Of a DNA stretch of 25,086 nucleotides, positions 1-8,592 are shown in pieces. Made by a program: the position numbers and the translations under genes. Position 1 is the stretch's first letter. Every line of letters begins with the position of its first letter. Where the stretch lies: positions 1-25,086 of IMG/VR virus record IMGVR_UViG_3300030433_001699, one strand, 5' to 3'. The notes beneath the pieces are model-generated. The model was not told the DNA's origin, made no database searches, and saw nothing but the letters and a program-made list of their open reading frames with translations. This DNA comes from a virus (Duplodnaviria; Caudoviricetes).

Positions 1-561
1 TGGTGCAAATACAGCCAATCAACTTGTACAGCTTACAGCAGCTGCCAAACTTCCAGCGGTTGATGGTTCACTTTTAACTAACATCACAGCAACAGATTCA
101 ACCAAGCTTGCGATTGCTAATAACCTAAGCGACTTGAACAATGCTGGAACAGCAAGGACCAATCTAGGTGTTGCAATCGGTTCAGATGTGCAAGCACATG
201 ATGCACAGCTTGATGATATTGCTGGTTTAACTCCAACAGACTCCAATTTCATTGTAGGCAATGGTTCAAACTTTGTTGCAGAATCAGGTGCAACAGCTCG
301 AACAAGTTTAGGATTGACCATTGGAACAGATGTGCAAGCACATGATGCACAGCTTGATGATATTGCTGGACTTGCAACAACAGACGGTGGTTTCATTGTA
401 GGAGATGGATCGAACTTTGTTTTAGAATCAGGTGCAACTGCTCGAGCGTCTTTAAGCCTTGGATCAGCTGCTTTACTTGAAGCTGGTGCAAATACAGCTA
501 ATCAACTTGTTCAATTAGATGCAAGTGCAAGGCTTCCAGCGGTTGACGGTTCACTTTTAAC
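1..561 (+). repeat. Intragenic repeats in tail fibre gene
   Basis: Exact 43-bp repeat at 183-225 and 327-369 (144-bp/48-aa period); imperfect 78-bp repeat at 1-78 and 484-561. Confidence 0.9.
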
Positions 562-874
562 CAATCTTCCAGGTGGAGGTGGTGGAACACGTCCAACGGT
601 TGCTTCAATCACTTCTGACACAACAATTTCAAATCCAGCTGCAAGTGTTTTGGAGCAAGTGTATTTAGTAAGTGGATCAACATCAACAGTGACTCTTCCA
701 ACTGCAAGTGGTAATGAAGGCTTAAAAATTCAAATTAAAAACATGTTGTCTTCTGCAGTGACTGTCGATACGCAATCAAGCCAAACCATTGATACAGCGT
801 CTTCTGCATCTTTAACAAGTCGATTTGAATGTTTGACTTTTATTTCTGATGATTCAAATTGGGTAATTATCTAA
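2..874 (+). CDS. Tail fibre-like protein, C-terminal part (5'-truncated by window)
   Basis: The frame is open from base 2 (GANTANQLVQL...), so the track's start at 134 is internal. It has internal repeats (VQAHDAQLDDIAGL x2; GANTANQLVQL..LPAVDGSLLTN x2), is Gly/Ala/Thr/Ser-rich, and ends in a 'VTLPTA..G..IQIKN..TID..ISD.SNWVII' domain typical of phage fibre/baseplate proteins. Confidence 0.75.
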   Translation, partial: GANTANQLVQLTAAAKLPAVDGSLLTNITATDSTKLAIANNLSDLNNAGTARTNLGVAIGSDVQAHDAQLDDIAGLTPTDSNFIVGNGSNFVAESGATARTSLGLTIGTDVQAHDAQLDDIAGLATTDGGFIVGDGSNFVLESGATARASLSLGSAALLEAGANTANQLVQLDASARLPAVDGSLLTNLPGGGGGTRPTVASITSDTTISNPAASVLEQVYLVSGSTSTVTLPTASGNEGLKIQIKNMLSSAVTVDTQSSQTIDTASSASLTSRFECLTFISDDSNWVII

Positions 875-1368
875 TGACTTACTTAACAACTACACTGACA
901 GATCAGAAGACGAATCTCAGTTTTCAAAAAACGACTGTCACTGCATCTCAAAATGTGACCACTACTTATACCTTGGTAGAAGGTGGTCAGATGACGTATA
1001 CACCAACGTCTTCAAGTGCAGAAGTGATGATTGAGTTTTCAACTGCTTTTGCTCGAAAAGATCCGGATAACTCGACTTTGTTTAGAGTGCAAATTGGAGA
1101 TACAGTTGGAACGCTTGGAGATGTGGTGACAAATAACACTGATTATTTCAATGGGTTTGCTGGAACTGTGACTTCTGGTCTAGTCAATACTTCTGATGTA
1201 ATTACCTTGAAATATAAATTAAGTGGATGGAGTGGAGCAAAGATTATTCAAATTCAATGCAAGGCCATTGGTGGAGCGCTTGAAAGTATTGTGAATGCAA
1301 ATAAAGTCACATCTTCTTCTGCAGATCTTCTCTACAATCCAACCATGATCATGTATGAGGTGAGCTGA
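874..1368 (+). CDS. Small beta-rich virion/tail-associated protein, paralog 1 of 3
   Basis: ATG at 874 overlaps the upstream stop (TAATG). Begins MTY and shares motifs with the next two ORFs. Confidence 0.65.
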   Translation: MTYLTTTLTDQKTNLSFQKTTVTASQNVTTTYTLVEGGQMTYTPTSSSAEVMIEFSTAFARKDPDNSTLFRVQIGDTVGTLGDVVTNNTDYFNGFAGTVTSGLVNTSDVITLKYKLSGWSGAKIIQIQCKAIGGALESIVNANKVTSSSADLLYNPTMIMYEVS

Positions 1369-1880
1369 TGACATACCAAATCCAAAGTACTTTTGATGAG
1401 AACTTTAAAATCTTATCTAATCTCAATCCTTCTGCTCTTACATTGACAACTACTTACCAAGAAGTTCCTGAATCCTATATTGATTATATTCCTTCACCGT
1501 CTTCAACTTATGTGGTTTACCAATTCAGTGCCTATTTTGCATCAAATCAAGGTGGTGATACAGGAACGCTTGAAATTAATTGTAAGTTTAAACTGCAATA
1601 TTCTGATGATAATGGATCAAACTGGTCTGATTGGGGAGATAATACGGAATGTTATATTGGTTCAGCTGCTTCAGATGTATCACAGCGTTCAACCATTGAT
1701 TTAAAATGGACCTTGGATGCAAGTGGATGGACTTCTGCAAAACGTCTTCGAGTGCAATCTAAACAAGATAGTGGATCAAATACCATTCTTCATCAATTAG
1801 AAACGTTCTTTGATAGCACAGGTGAACGCACAGACACCAATAAATATGGAACTTCCGTTTCTTGTTACTCGGTTGATTAA
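1368..1880 (+). CDS. Small beta-rich virion/tail-associated protein, paralog 2 of 3
   Basis: TGATG coupling; MTY start; TTTY..V..S.I.Y.P, VVYQFS and SGWTSAK motifs. Confidence 0.65.
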   Translation: MTYQIQSTFDENFKILSNLNPSALTLTTTYQEVPESYIDYIPSPSSTYVVYQFSAYFASNQGGDTGTLEINCKFKLQYSDDNGSNWSDWGDNTECYIGSAASDVSQRSTIDLKWTLDASGWTSAKRLRVQSKQDSGSNTILHQLETFFDSTGERTDTNKYGTSVSCYSVD

Positions 1881-1890
1881 GGAGTGAAAC

Positions 1891-2343
1891 ATGACGTATT
1901 TAAGAAGACGCAAGATTCAAAGTTTAGATACTGTATTCACAGCAAATACAAGCACTCAAGCAATTAGTACAACAGTCTTGGATGTGAGCAATTCAGAGAT
2001 CACATTCACACCACCAACAGGAAATTTTCAGTTTGTTGTTTTTGAGTATACTGTGCAATATCATAATGATCCTGATAACAATAATAACATTAATTATGAA
2101 CTCCAAGAGAAGATTGGTTCAGGTTCATATGCCGCTTTAGGTAGTGGCTATCGAGTGCAAGAAATCACAAGGACTGTTCAATATCAATCAACCATTACAG
2201 GCCGCTTTATGATTCCAATCTATTCAGGTGCTAGAACGTATAAATTGACAATGCGAGCAAGTGCAACCAATCGAGAAGTCACACTGCATGAAACCAATGA
2301 ACCTGAAACCTATTCTCCAATTTATCAAATGTACTGTGTTTAA
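1891..2343 (+). CDS. Small beta-rich virion/tail-associated protein, paralog 3 of 3
   Basis: AAGGAG RBS; MTY start; SEITFTP, VVFEYT, DPDN and YSP..QMYCV motifs. Confidence 0.65.
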   Translation: MTYLRRRKIQSLDTVFTANTSTQAISTTVLDVSNSEITFTPPTGNFQFVVFEYTVQYHNDPDNNNNINYELQEKIGSGSYAALGSGYRVQEITRTVQYQSTITGRFMIPIYSGARTYKLTMRASATNREVTLHETNEPETYSPIYQMYCV

Positions 2344-2346
2344 AAT

Positions 2347-2688
2347 ATGTTTAACTTTAATTTAGATTTAAAGGACGTGGATAACATCCTAAAGAATCCA
2401 GCAGCTATTGTTGGATTGATTCTTGTCTTGATTGCAATTTCAATCTTGTTTGGAATGTCACTTGCTTCATCTGATCCAAGGGTTGTCTGTGCTGAACAGA
2501 TCAAGGTAGTCTTCGAGCAACGGCAGCTGATCACTTCGTTGGAGACTGAAAAAGCACAATGTGTTTCTAGTGGTGAAACGTCGTGTATTGAGAGAGAACA
2601 GCGTCTTTGCAGACAAGAAAAGCAAGACCTGAAAGCAACGTGTGACCGATTGATTGAAGAGGTTATTACAGGAAGAGGTGGTGATTGA
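2347..2688 (+). CDS. Membrane-anchored Cys-rich coiled-coil protein (possible spanin-like lysis accessory)
   Basis: N-terminal hydrophobic helix (AAIVGLILVLIAISILFGM) followed by a coiled coil with 5 Cys; located after tail genes. Function is inferred. Confidence 0.45.
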   Translation: MFNFNLDLKDVDNILKNPAAIVGLILVLIAISILFGMSLASSDPRVVCAEQIKVVFEQRQLITSLETEKAQCVSSGETSCIEREQRLCRQEKQDLKATCDRLIEEVITGRGGD

Positions 2689-3107
2689 TGTTTTTATCAT
2701 TGATTATTCCAACACTTTTACAGCTTGGGTTTGCAACCATTTATTTGGATGATGGACATAAGATCTCTTCTCAATATGTGCAAAGTGGAACAGTCTCACC
2801 CTATTCAGGATTTGTTGTGAAGGCTGGTGACATGTCAGACATTCAGGTGTCATTAAATGGAAATAGCTGCTTGATTCGAATTAGTGAAATTAAACATAGA
2901 TTTGAAGTAGAGGTTGGTCAAACTCGCAAGAGATGCAACAAAGAAATCCAAGTCTATAAAGATCTTCTTGACGAATCGAAGAAACTCAATGAACATCTAA
3001 AGCAAGAACTGAAACAAGAAAAGACTTTCTCAAAGCGTCTTATCATTGGATCAGTTGGAGTAAGTGTTGCACTAACAGCAACAGCCATATTCTTTGCTAT
3101 TAGATGA
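2685..3107 (+). CDS. Protein with N-terminal signal/TM segment and C-terminal TM (possible lysis accessory)
   Basis: ATGA overlap; hydrophobic N-terminus, coiled coil, C-terminal TM (LIIGSVGVSVALTATAIFFAIR). Confidence 0.45.
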   Translation: MMFLSLIIPTLLQLGFATIYLDDGHKISSQYVQSGTVSPYSGFVVKAGDMSDIQVSLNGNSCLIRISEIKHRFEVEVGQTRKRCNKEIQVYKDLLDESKKLNEHLKQELKQEKTFSKRLIIGSVGVSVALTATAIFFAIR

Positions 3108-3114
3108 GGAAACC

Positions 3115-5112
3115 ATGCAAAATGAAATTATGGGTGAAGTGGTCTTTGCTTCACAATACGCAAGAGAAACACCAACAGGGCGTGAATCTTGGGAAGATGC
3201 AGTTGAACGTGTTGTCAACATGCACAAGGAGAAATATCCAGAACTTTGTGAAGAGATTGATGATGCATTTAACCTGGTAAAGCAGAAGAGGGTTGTTCCC
3301 TCTCAAAGGTCCATGCAGTTTGGTGGAAGAGCAATCCAAAGACGAAATATGAGGATTTACAACTGCACCTATTCACCAGCAGATAGACCACGTTTTTTTA
3401 GTGAAATGCTTTGGTTGCTTCTCTGTGGATGTGGAACGGGTTTTTCAGTACGCAAGAGCGACATTGAAAGACTGCCTAAGTTGATCTCGAAAGAGCAAAG
3501 AGATTCAAGGAAAGCAGCCAAGTACATTGTTCAGGACTCCATTGAGGGTTGGTCGATTGCTGTACAGACTCTCCTTGATTCGTACTTCTTTACAGATATG
3601 TATGATCACTCCATTGATTATGATCCTGTCTTTGACTTCTCTTTGATTCGTCCAAAAGGATCACCTATTTCATCAGGTGGACTTGCACCAGGTTCAAAGC
3701 CTCTTGAGACATGCTTGGAACAAATCAAAGAAATCTTGAACACTCGTCTTGGTAAACGTCTAAGGTCTATTGATGTTCTTGATGTATGTATGGCCTTATC
3801 GGCAGCTGTGCTTTCAGGTGGTGTAAGAAGATCAGCATCCATCTGTTTGTTCGATGAAGATGATCCTTTAATGATGCGTGCAAAAACGGGTGATTGGTGG
3901 AAGACACATCCAAATCGAGCCTATGCAAACATTTCTGCAACTGTCCTTACAACAGGAAGTGAAACACCTGAAACTGTAAAGCGGGTGGTCAACCTGAATC
4001 AACAATGGGGTGAACCTGGTTTATTCTTTGCTGAGAGTGAAGACTTTGGGACAAATCCATGTTGTGAGATTGGCCTCTATCCATACCTGATTCAATCACC
4101 AAGTGGAGAGACTCAAGGCCATATTCCTTTAATGCTCTCTCGAAAGAGGAAGGATCTAGAAAAAACAGGATGGATGTTTCGGAGTGGTTGGAGTGTATGC
4201 AATCTCACAGAGATCAATATGCAGAAGAATCGGACTCCTAAAGAGTTCATTGAAGCTGCTCGAGCCGCGTCTTTCATTGGAACACTTCAAGCTGGATACA
4301 CTGAAACAGGATATCTGACACCCGTTTCAAAAAGGATCATTGAACAAGAAGCCTTGATTGGTGTTTCACTTACAGGAATGTATGCTAACTCTGATCTTTC
4401 CTTCTCTCCTATGTTGCTTCAAAGAGGTGCTGAAGAGGTGGTAAAGGAGAATATAAGAGTTGCTAATCTGATTGGAATTAACATTGCTTCAAGGACCACA
4501 TGCATCAAACCAAGTGGAAACACTTCAACTATTCTTGGAACTTCAGCAGGCATTCATCCATTTCACTCTGAAAAGTGGATTCGCACAATCCGCTTAAGCA
4601 AGATCAATCCAGTTTGGATGGAGATCAAGGAAAAGCTTCCACAAGTCTGTATTGATCTTCCTGGTGATACAGGCATTGTGAAGTTTGCTTGTTCAATTCC
4701 CAATGTAGATTCTTGGGTACGAAAAGAGATCAGTGCAAAACAGCACCTGAATCAAGTAAAGCTTGTTCAGAATCATTGGGTGCTTCCTGGTAGTATCAAC
4801 ACTCGAGTTGAAGGATTAACACACAATGTTTCAAACACTTGCACAATCAAGGACCATGAATGGAATGAAGTTGGTGATTGGCTTTGGAAGAATCGAAACA
4901 GTGTAAGAGGTGTGGCTATGCTTGCTGATTATGGTGAAACTGTTTATGAGAATGCACCGTATCAAGAGGTAAATGATGGAGGATGGATTGAAGCTGAATG
5001 GAATGCTTTAAGGCTTGCTGATTGGAGTAAGATTGATTTGACCAGTATCTTTGGAGGAAATGATGCACTATTGACGGGTGGATGTGATGGAATGAAATGT
5101 GAACTCTCATAA
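3115..5112 (+). CDS. nrdJ: Class II adenosylcobalamin-dependent ribonucleotide reductase (monomeric RTPR-like)
   Basis: Motifs YNCTY, GCGTGFSV, GGVRRSA, NPCCEI (thiyl-radical Cys), CNLTEIN, TTCIKPSGNTS and C-terminal CDGMKC redox pair; no ATP-cone and no NrdB partner. ATG 3115 has a GAGGA RBS. Confidence 0.92.
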   Translation: MQNEIMGEVVFASQYARETPTGRESWEDAVERVVNMHKEKYPELCEEIDDAFNLVKQKRVVPSQRSMQFGGRAIQRRNMRIYNCTYSPADRPRFFSEMLWLLLCGCGTGFSVRKSDIERLPKLISKEQRDSRKAAKYIVQDSIEGWSIAVQTLLDSYFFTDMYDHSIDYDPVFDFSLIRPKGSPISSGGLAPGSKPLETCLEQIKEILNTRLGKRLRSIDVLDVCMALSAAVLSGGVRRSASICLFDEDDPLMMRAKTGDWWKTHPNRAYANISATVLTTGSETPETVKRVVNLNQQWGEPGLFFAESEDFGTNPCCEIGLYPYLIQSPSGETQGHIPLMLSRKRKDLEKTGWMFRSGWSVCNLTEINMQKNRTPKEFIEAARAASFIGTLQAGYTETGYLTPVSKRIIEQEALIGVSLTGMYANSDLSFSPMLLQRGAEEVVKENIRVANLIGINIASRTTCIKPSGNTSTILGTSAGIHPFHSEKWIRTIRLSKINPVWMEIKEKLPQVCIDLPGDTGIVKFACSIPNVDSWVRKEISAKQHLNQVKLVQNHWVLPGSINTRVEGLTHNVSNTCTIKDHEWNEVGDWLWKNRNSVRGVAMLADYGETVYENAPYQEVNDGGWIEAEWNALRLADWSKIDLTSIFGGNDALLTGGCDGMKCELS

Positions 5113-5119
5113 GAGTTCT

Positions 5120-6307
5120 TCAAGCAATAAGTGGAAGAGTCTTCATGATGTGGTCATACAGATCAAAATCGTAAAGGTTTTGTTCTTGAGTGATTGTATA
5201 AATGATCTTCTCTCGTGTTGCCTCATCTAACAAATCTCGAGCAACCAACTTTTGAGTATATCGAGCGAGTTCAGAGAAGACGGGGGAATGACTCCAAAAG
5301 ATCACGCGTTCACAATATCCCTCTAAATCTCCATCACGGTCTTTTTCATAATGCGTTCCATACCAAGCATCAAACATTGCTGCCATTGCATCTGTATCAT
5401 GCTCTTTCAAATCGAGTGTGTTTAGATTCTGATCAGCAAGAAAGATTCGTAGAGGTGAAAACATAACTGGATAGAAGAATTGGCGAAAGTGGCCTTCATT
5501 CATCTTGCTTGGTTCAATATTAGCTTGAAACTCTAAAGCTTGAATTGCTTCATCAATATCAATCTTTTCATCACTGAGTTCAGCGCATACGGTTTGAATG
5601 CTGGTGAAGTCTCGCAAGTGGAAACGCTTTGGTTGTTCAACTTGTGGAGATGCAACAGGAGCTGGTGGATTGCTTACTTTACCGTTTTTTTTTAGGTCAT
5701 AAGGGATTTGTTCACCATTGGCTGCAAGAGAAATGCGAGTGATTTCATCCTCATCATCCAAGATCATTTCTGCAAGTTCATCAGGTGAATTGGCTGTACC
5801 AATGATATCAGGAAAGACCAATCGACAGATAGCAGTCAAGGCACGTTTACCACACATCACAAGTGGCATTTCTCGCCATACTCGTTTGTTTTGTACACCA
5901 CGCTTGATTGCATGTTCCATAGTGAAAGTCCATTGATGTACAGTCACATCCAATCCATACTCTTTAGCAAAATCCAATTCATCAGAACGCATTGCCTGGT
6001 AAGATACACCAAAAGAAGAAGGATCGATATTGCCTTGCTCATCTTTTACAGGAGTAAGAACAGTAGCCTTGAGTAATGCACAAACCTTCTTTCCTGTAGT
6101 TGGATCAATCCATGATCGAACGATTCCAGCCATTGAATCAGCATTGAGCGCTGGCTTGCCTTGGATACAGTAAGTCTGACTTAGACAAGCCAACGGATTA
6201 TGATTGAACAGATGACCAAATGTGAGAAAGCATGAAACATTGTCATTATATTCACGTTCACTTTTAGAGAAATTACGAATAGCTTGATCTTGGTTTTGTG
6301 TGAGCAT
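5120..6307 (-). CDS. RecT-like single-strand annealing protein with long C-terminal extension
   Basis: P..CL..TY.IQGKP.L.ADSM and FTMEHA..RG...K.VW...P..M..KRA....CR..FPD..G...PDE match the RecT-like SSAP pattern; AAAGGAA RBS. Confidence 0.7.
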   Translation of the reverse strand: MLTQNQDQAIRNFSKSEREYNDNVSCFLTFGHLFNHNPLACLSQTYCIQGKPALNADSMAGIVRSWIDPTTGKKVCALLKATVLTPVKDEQGNIDPSSFGVSYQAMRSDELDFAKEYGLDVTVHQWTFTMEHAIKRGVQNKRVWREMPLVMCGKRALTAICRLVFPDIIGTANSPDELAEMILDDEDEITRISLAANGEQIPYDLKKNGKVSNPPAPVASPQVEQPKRFHLRDFTSIQTVCAELSDEKIDIDEAIQALEFQANIEPSKMNEGHFRQFFYPVMFSPLRIFLADQNLNTLDLKEHDTDAMAAMFDAWYGTHYEKDRDGDLEGYCERVIFWSHSPVFSELARYTQKLVARDLLDEATREKIIYTITQEQNLYDFDLYDHIMKTLPLIA

Positions 6308-6328
6308 AGTGTGTTCCTTTCTATATGC

Positions 6329-6538
6329 TTAGTGGTTGCGTGTTGCTCGAGCAACTGAAACGGCTTTAAGGATTTGTGGTTGGACGTTCTCAATCTTCGG
6401 GTTTGCCTTTCTATATTCGGCAGTCTTGGCTTGGAATTGAGAATGAAGGAAAAGGACAAAAAGAGAAAGAGAAATGAATGCAATCCATTCACGTCTAGCT
6501 GCTCTAGCTGCTCGAGCTGAAGAAGTAAGTTTTTTCAT
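6329..6538 (-). CDS. Small basic single-TM protein
   Basis: TAATG-coupled to the upstream HTH gene; one hydrophobic helix WIAFISLSLFVLFL. Confidence 0.55.
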   Translation of the reverse strand: MKKLTSSARAARAARREWIAFISLSLFVLFLHSQFQAKTAEYRKANPKIENVQPQILKAVSVARATRNH

Positions 6539-6747
6539 TATAGATACTCATCAAAGTCTTGGGTTGTGTAAGAAGAACCACACATATCGTTTAGAGTGGC
6601 ACAAAGGATGAAGAAGAAACGGGTTGAACCAGGTGTCTTATGATTCAGGACATTAGACAAGTGCTGTTGAGTATATCCCATTGAATCAGCAAGGTTTCCA
6701 AAAGTATACCGTTGCTTTTTAAGTGTTTGTTGGATTTGATCTTTCAT
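6538..6747 (-). CDS. Small XRE/Cro-like HTH regulator
   Basis: TFGNLADSMGYTQQHLSNVLN HTH; AAGGAG RBS at 6755-6760 (minus). Confidence 0.75.
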   Translation of the reverse strand: MKDQIQQTLKKQRYTFGNLADSMGYTQQHLSNVLNHKTPGSTRFFFILCATLNDMCGSSYTTQDFDEYL

Positions 6748-6771
6748 GTTTGATCTCCTTTCATGTTTTAG

Positions 6772-6857
6772 GTTTTAACTTTTTTTTAAGATTATGTCAA
6801 ACACTTTTTAAAATAAAATTAAAAAAGTTTGCAAAAAGATTTAAGACACTATATAAA
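6772..6857. promoter_or_regulatory. Divergent sigma70-like promoters
   Basis: Minus: TTGACA (6800-6795)-N17-TAAAAC (6777-6772). Plus: TTGCAA (6829-6834)-N17-TATAAA (6852-6857). The region is AT-rich. Confidence 0.6.
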
Positions 6858-6881
6858 TGATCTTAAGAAAGGAGGTGTTCA

Positions 6882-7511
6882 ATGAATGAATACCGAATGA
6901 GACAAGAGGTTTTATCCAATCCTGATCTCACTTCAACAGAAAAGATTGTGATGTTTGCAATCTTGATGAAAGTGGATTGGAAGACCTTCCAAGGCCAAGT
7001 AAGTGTAAGCTTGATTGCTGGATTGACTTCGAACACTGAACGCACTGTGAAACGTGCATTGAAGAAATTAGTGGAGAGTGGATGGATCACTCGAGAATCA
7101 ACCCGTCTGAATTATTCCAAGTCAACAGCTGCTCTCACTACTGTTTTATTTAACAATGTCAAGAATGACACCAGTGTCACCAATGACACTATGACAGTGT
7201 CACAGATGACACCACCTAGTGTCACAGATGACACCATGAACAGTGTCAAGAATGACACCCATACAATCAGTAACAATATTAATACAATACAAAACAATTC
7301 TTTAGAGACTGAACCACATGGTGAAGAGGAAGTGGATCAAAACGGCTTTGAGGATGAATTTTGGATTTATCCTTCATCCATACAAGACGCTTCACGCAGA
7401 ATGATGGTCCAATCATACATCCAAGCACACTATCACAGAATGACTGAATCAGATCGACAAAGAATGTTATATCCAGAACTTGCAGAACCAATTTGGAGTA
7501 CACAACAATGA
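6882..7511 (+). CDS. Phage replication initiator (lambda O-like, N-terminal winged HTH)
   Basis: LTSTEKIV...SVSLIAGLTSNTERTVKRALKKLVESGWI wHTH; contains an iteron array; precedes a DnaC-like ATPase; GGAGG RBS. Confidence 0.8.
   Translation: MNEYRMRQEVLSNPDLTSTEKIVMFAILMKVDWKTFQGQVSVSLIAGLTSNTERTVKRALKKLVESGWITRESTRLNYSKSTAALTTVLFNNVKNDTSVTNDTMTVSQMTPPSVTDDTMNSVKNDTHTISNNINTIQNNSLETEPHGEEEVDQNGFEDEFWIYPSSIQDASRRMMVQSYIQAHYHRMTESDRQRMLYPELAEPIWSTQQ
7156..7300. repeat. Replication origin: five palindromic iterons GTGTCA-N4-TGACAC plus AT-rich tract
   Basis: Copies at 7156-7171 (first base A), 7174-7189, 7197-7212, 7219-7234 and 7243-7258, followed by A/T-rich 7261-7300. This resembles lambda ori inside gene O. 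Confidence 0.85.
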
Positions 7512-8488
7512 AGACCCTCAAAGACGCATTATCAGGAGATTGGCTTGACAGTCTCAAGAAGAACGCAATCAAGACCCATATTCCAAAGCCTAAAGTGATT
7601 CATCATCGAAACTTGGAGAAAGCAAACCTCCTTCAAAAAGAAGTGGTCAATGGAGTTCCTCAAATCAAGATCAATCTCTTATCCTCCTGTTCATACAATG
7701 GATGCACGTCTTCACACTCAGGAATCCATACAAGACAAGAAACACGCTACATTGATGATCTGATTGAATACAAGCCCGTAATGATCAAAGGAGAGGATGG
7801 AGAGAAGGTGGAGGATAAATCAAAGCGTCCATCCAACTTGATTGAAGATGAAGGATTGTGGATTCCAATCCAAAGAGAATACAAGTTTGGTATTCCATGC
7901 AAGTATTGTGGATTGACCAATAAATACCTAATGAGGTTTCAACAATCAGGACTCACTTCAGACGCAATCAATAAACACGTTGGAAACTACGACTTCGAGG
8001 AAGGCTTGGAGCAGAAGGCCTTGGACTTTGTAAATGGAAACATCCAAGGGGGAATGGTTTATGGTCCTCCTGGTAATGGAAAAACACATCTACTTTGTGC
8101 CATTGCTAGAGAGTTAATCTGGAAAGGTAAGAAGGTTAGATTCGTTTCACATCAACAGCTCCTTGAACAGATCAAGCAATCTTTTGATAAGAATAGCAGT
8201 GTAGTTGATCCTCGATACTCTTGGCTTGATGGAATTGATGTGGTGATGTTTGATGAACTCGGATTCTTTAGAATGAATGAGTGGTCAAAACAGACAACCA
8301 ATGAACTGATTCATGCTATTCATGCTGCTGGTGTGCAAGTGCTGTTTGCATCCAATCTCACACCAAGAGAGATGAAGAACAAGTTTTTAGATATTCGCTC
8401 TTTGTCGAGAATTGGCGAAATGTGCAAAGACTTCAGGCATGAAATGAAAGGAAGTGATAGAAGAGGAAATGGAGATTTCTGGAAATAA
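7508..8488 (+). CDS. DnaC/IstB-like AAA+ ATPase (helicase loader)
   Basis: Walker A GPPGNGKT, Walker B VVMFDELG, FASNL, SRI and G.DRR; CxxxxC...CxxC upstream; ATGA overlap with the initiator gene. Confidence 0.85.
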   Translation: MKTLKDALSGDWLDSLKKNAIKTHIPKPKVIHHRNLEKANLLQKEVVNGVPQIKINLLSSCSYNGCTSSHSGIHTRQETRYIDDLIEYKPVMIKGEDGEKVEDKSKRPSNLIEDEGLWIPIQREYKFGIPCKYCGLTNKYLMRFQQSGLTSDAINKHVGNYDFEEGLEQKALDFVNGNIQGGMVYGPPGNGKTHLLCAIARELIWKGKKVRFVSHQQLLEQIKQSFDKNSSVVDPRYSWLDGIDVVMFDELGFFRMNEWSKQTTNELIHAIHAAGVQVLFASNLTPREMKNKFLDIRSLSRIGEMCKDFRHEMKGSDRRGNGDFWK

Positions 8489-8520
8489 AAAACGCCACTA
8501 GAAGGGGGATTCTAGCAGCG
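8487..8520 (-). terminator. Rho-independent terminator
   Basis: Minus strand: 11-bp stem CGCUGCUAGAA/UUCUAGUGGCG (2 GU pairs, which form only on this strand), UCCCCC loop, U6 tail. Confidence 0.8.
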
Positions 8521-8562
8521 TTCTTCACAAAACCTTGATGGTGAAAAGGAACACACCAACGT
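8487..8562 (-). ncRNA. Candidate antisense small RNA 1 (~75 nt, two hairpins with CU-rich loops)
   Basis: Promoter TTGACA (8596-8591)-N17-TACAGA with extended TG; hairpin UGGUG/CACCA with UGUUCCUUUU loop; terminator; 12-nt complement to the RecT-like gene RBS. Confidence 0.5.
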
Positions 8563-8592
8563 TTCTATCTGTACCAATCCAAAGATAACATG

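Noticed and set aside
19-396. Minus-strand 125-aa ORF
   Set aside because: Antisense shadow of the tail fibre gene.
1-2343. Diversity-generating retroelement TR/VR
   Set aside because: Repeat mismatches are not adenine-specific, both copies are coding, and no reverse transcriptase is in the window.
4078-4200. Intein or intron in nrdJ
   Set aside because: The insert is only ~40 aa, the frame is intact, and there are no intein terminal motifs.
6781-6793. 13-bp reverse-complement match between the leftward promoter spacer and the sRNA 2 interior (AATCTTAAAAAAA)
   Set aside because: Low complexity, and upstream of the predicted transcript start; likely chance.
7156-7258. CRISPR-like array
   Set aside because: Repeats are 16 bp with 2-8 bp gaps, lie inside a CDS, and have no spacers or cas genes. 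They are iterons.
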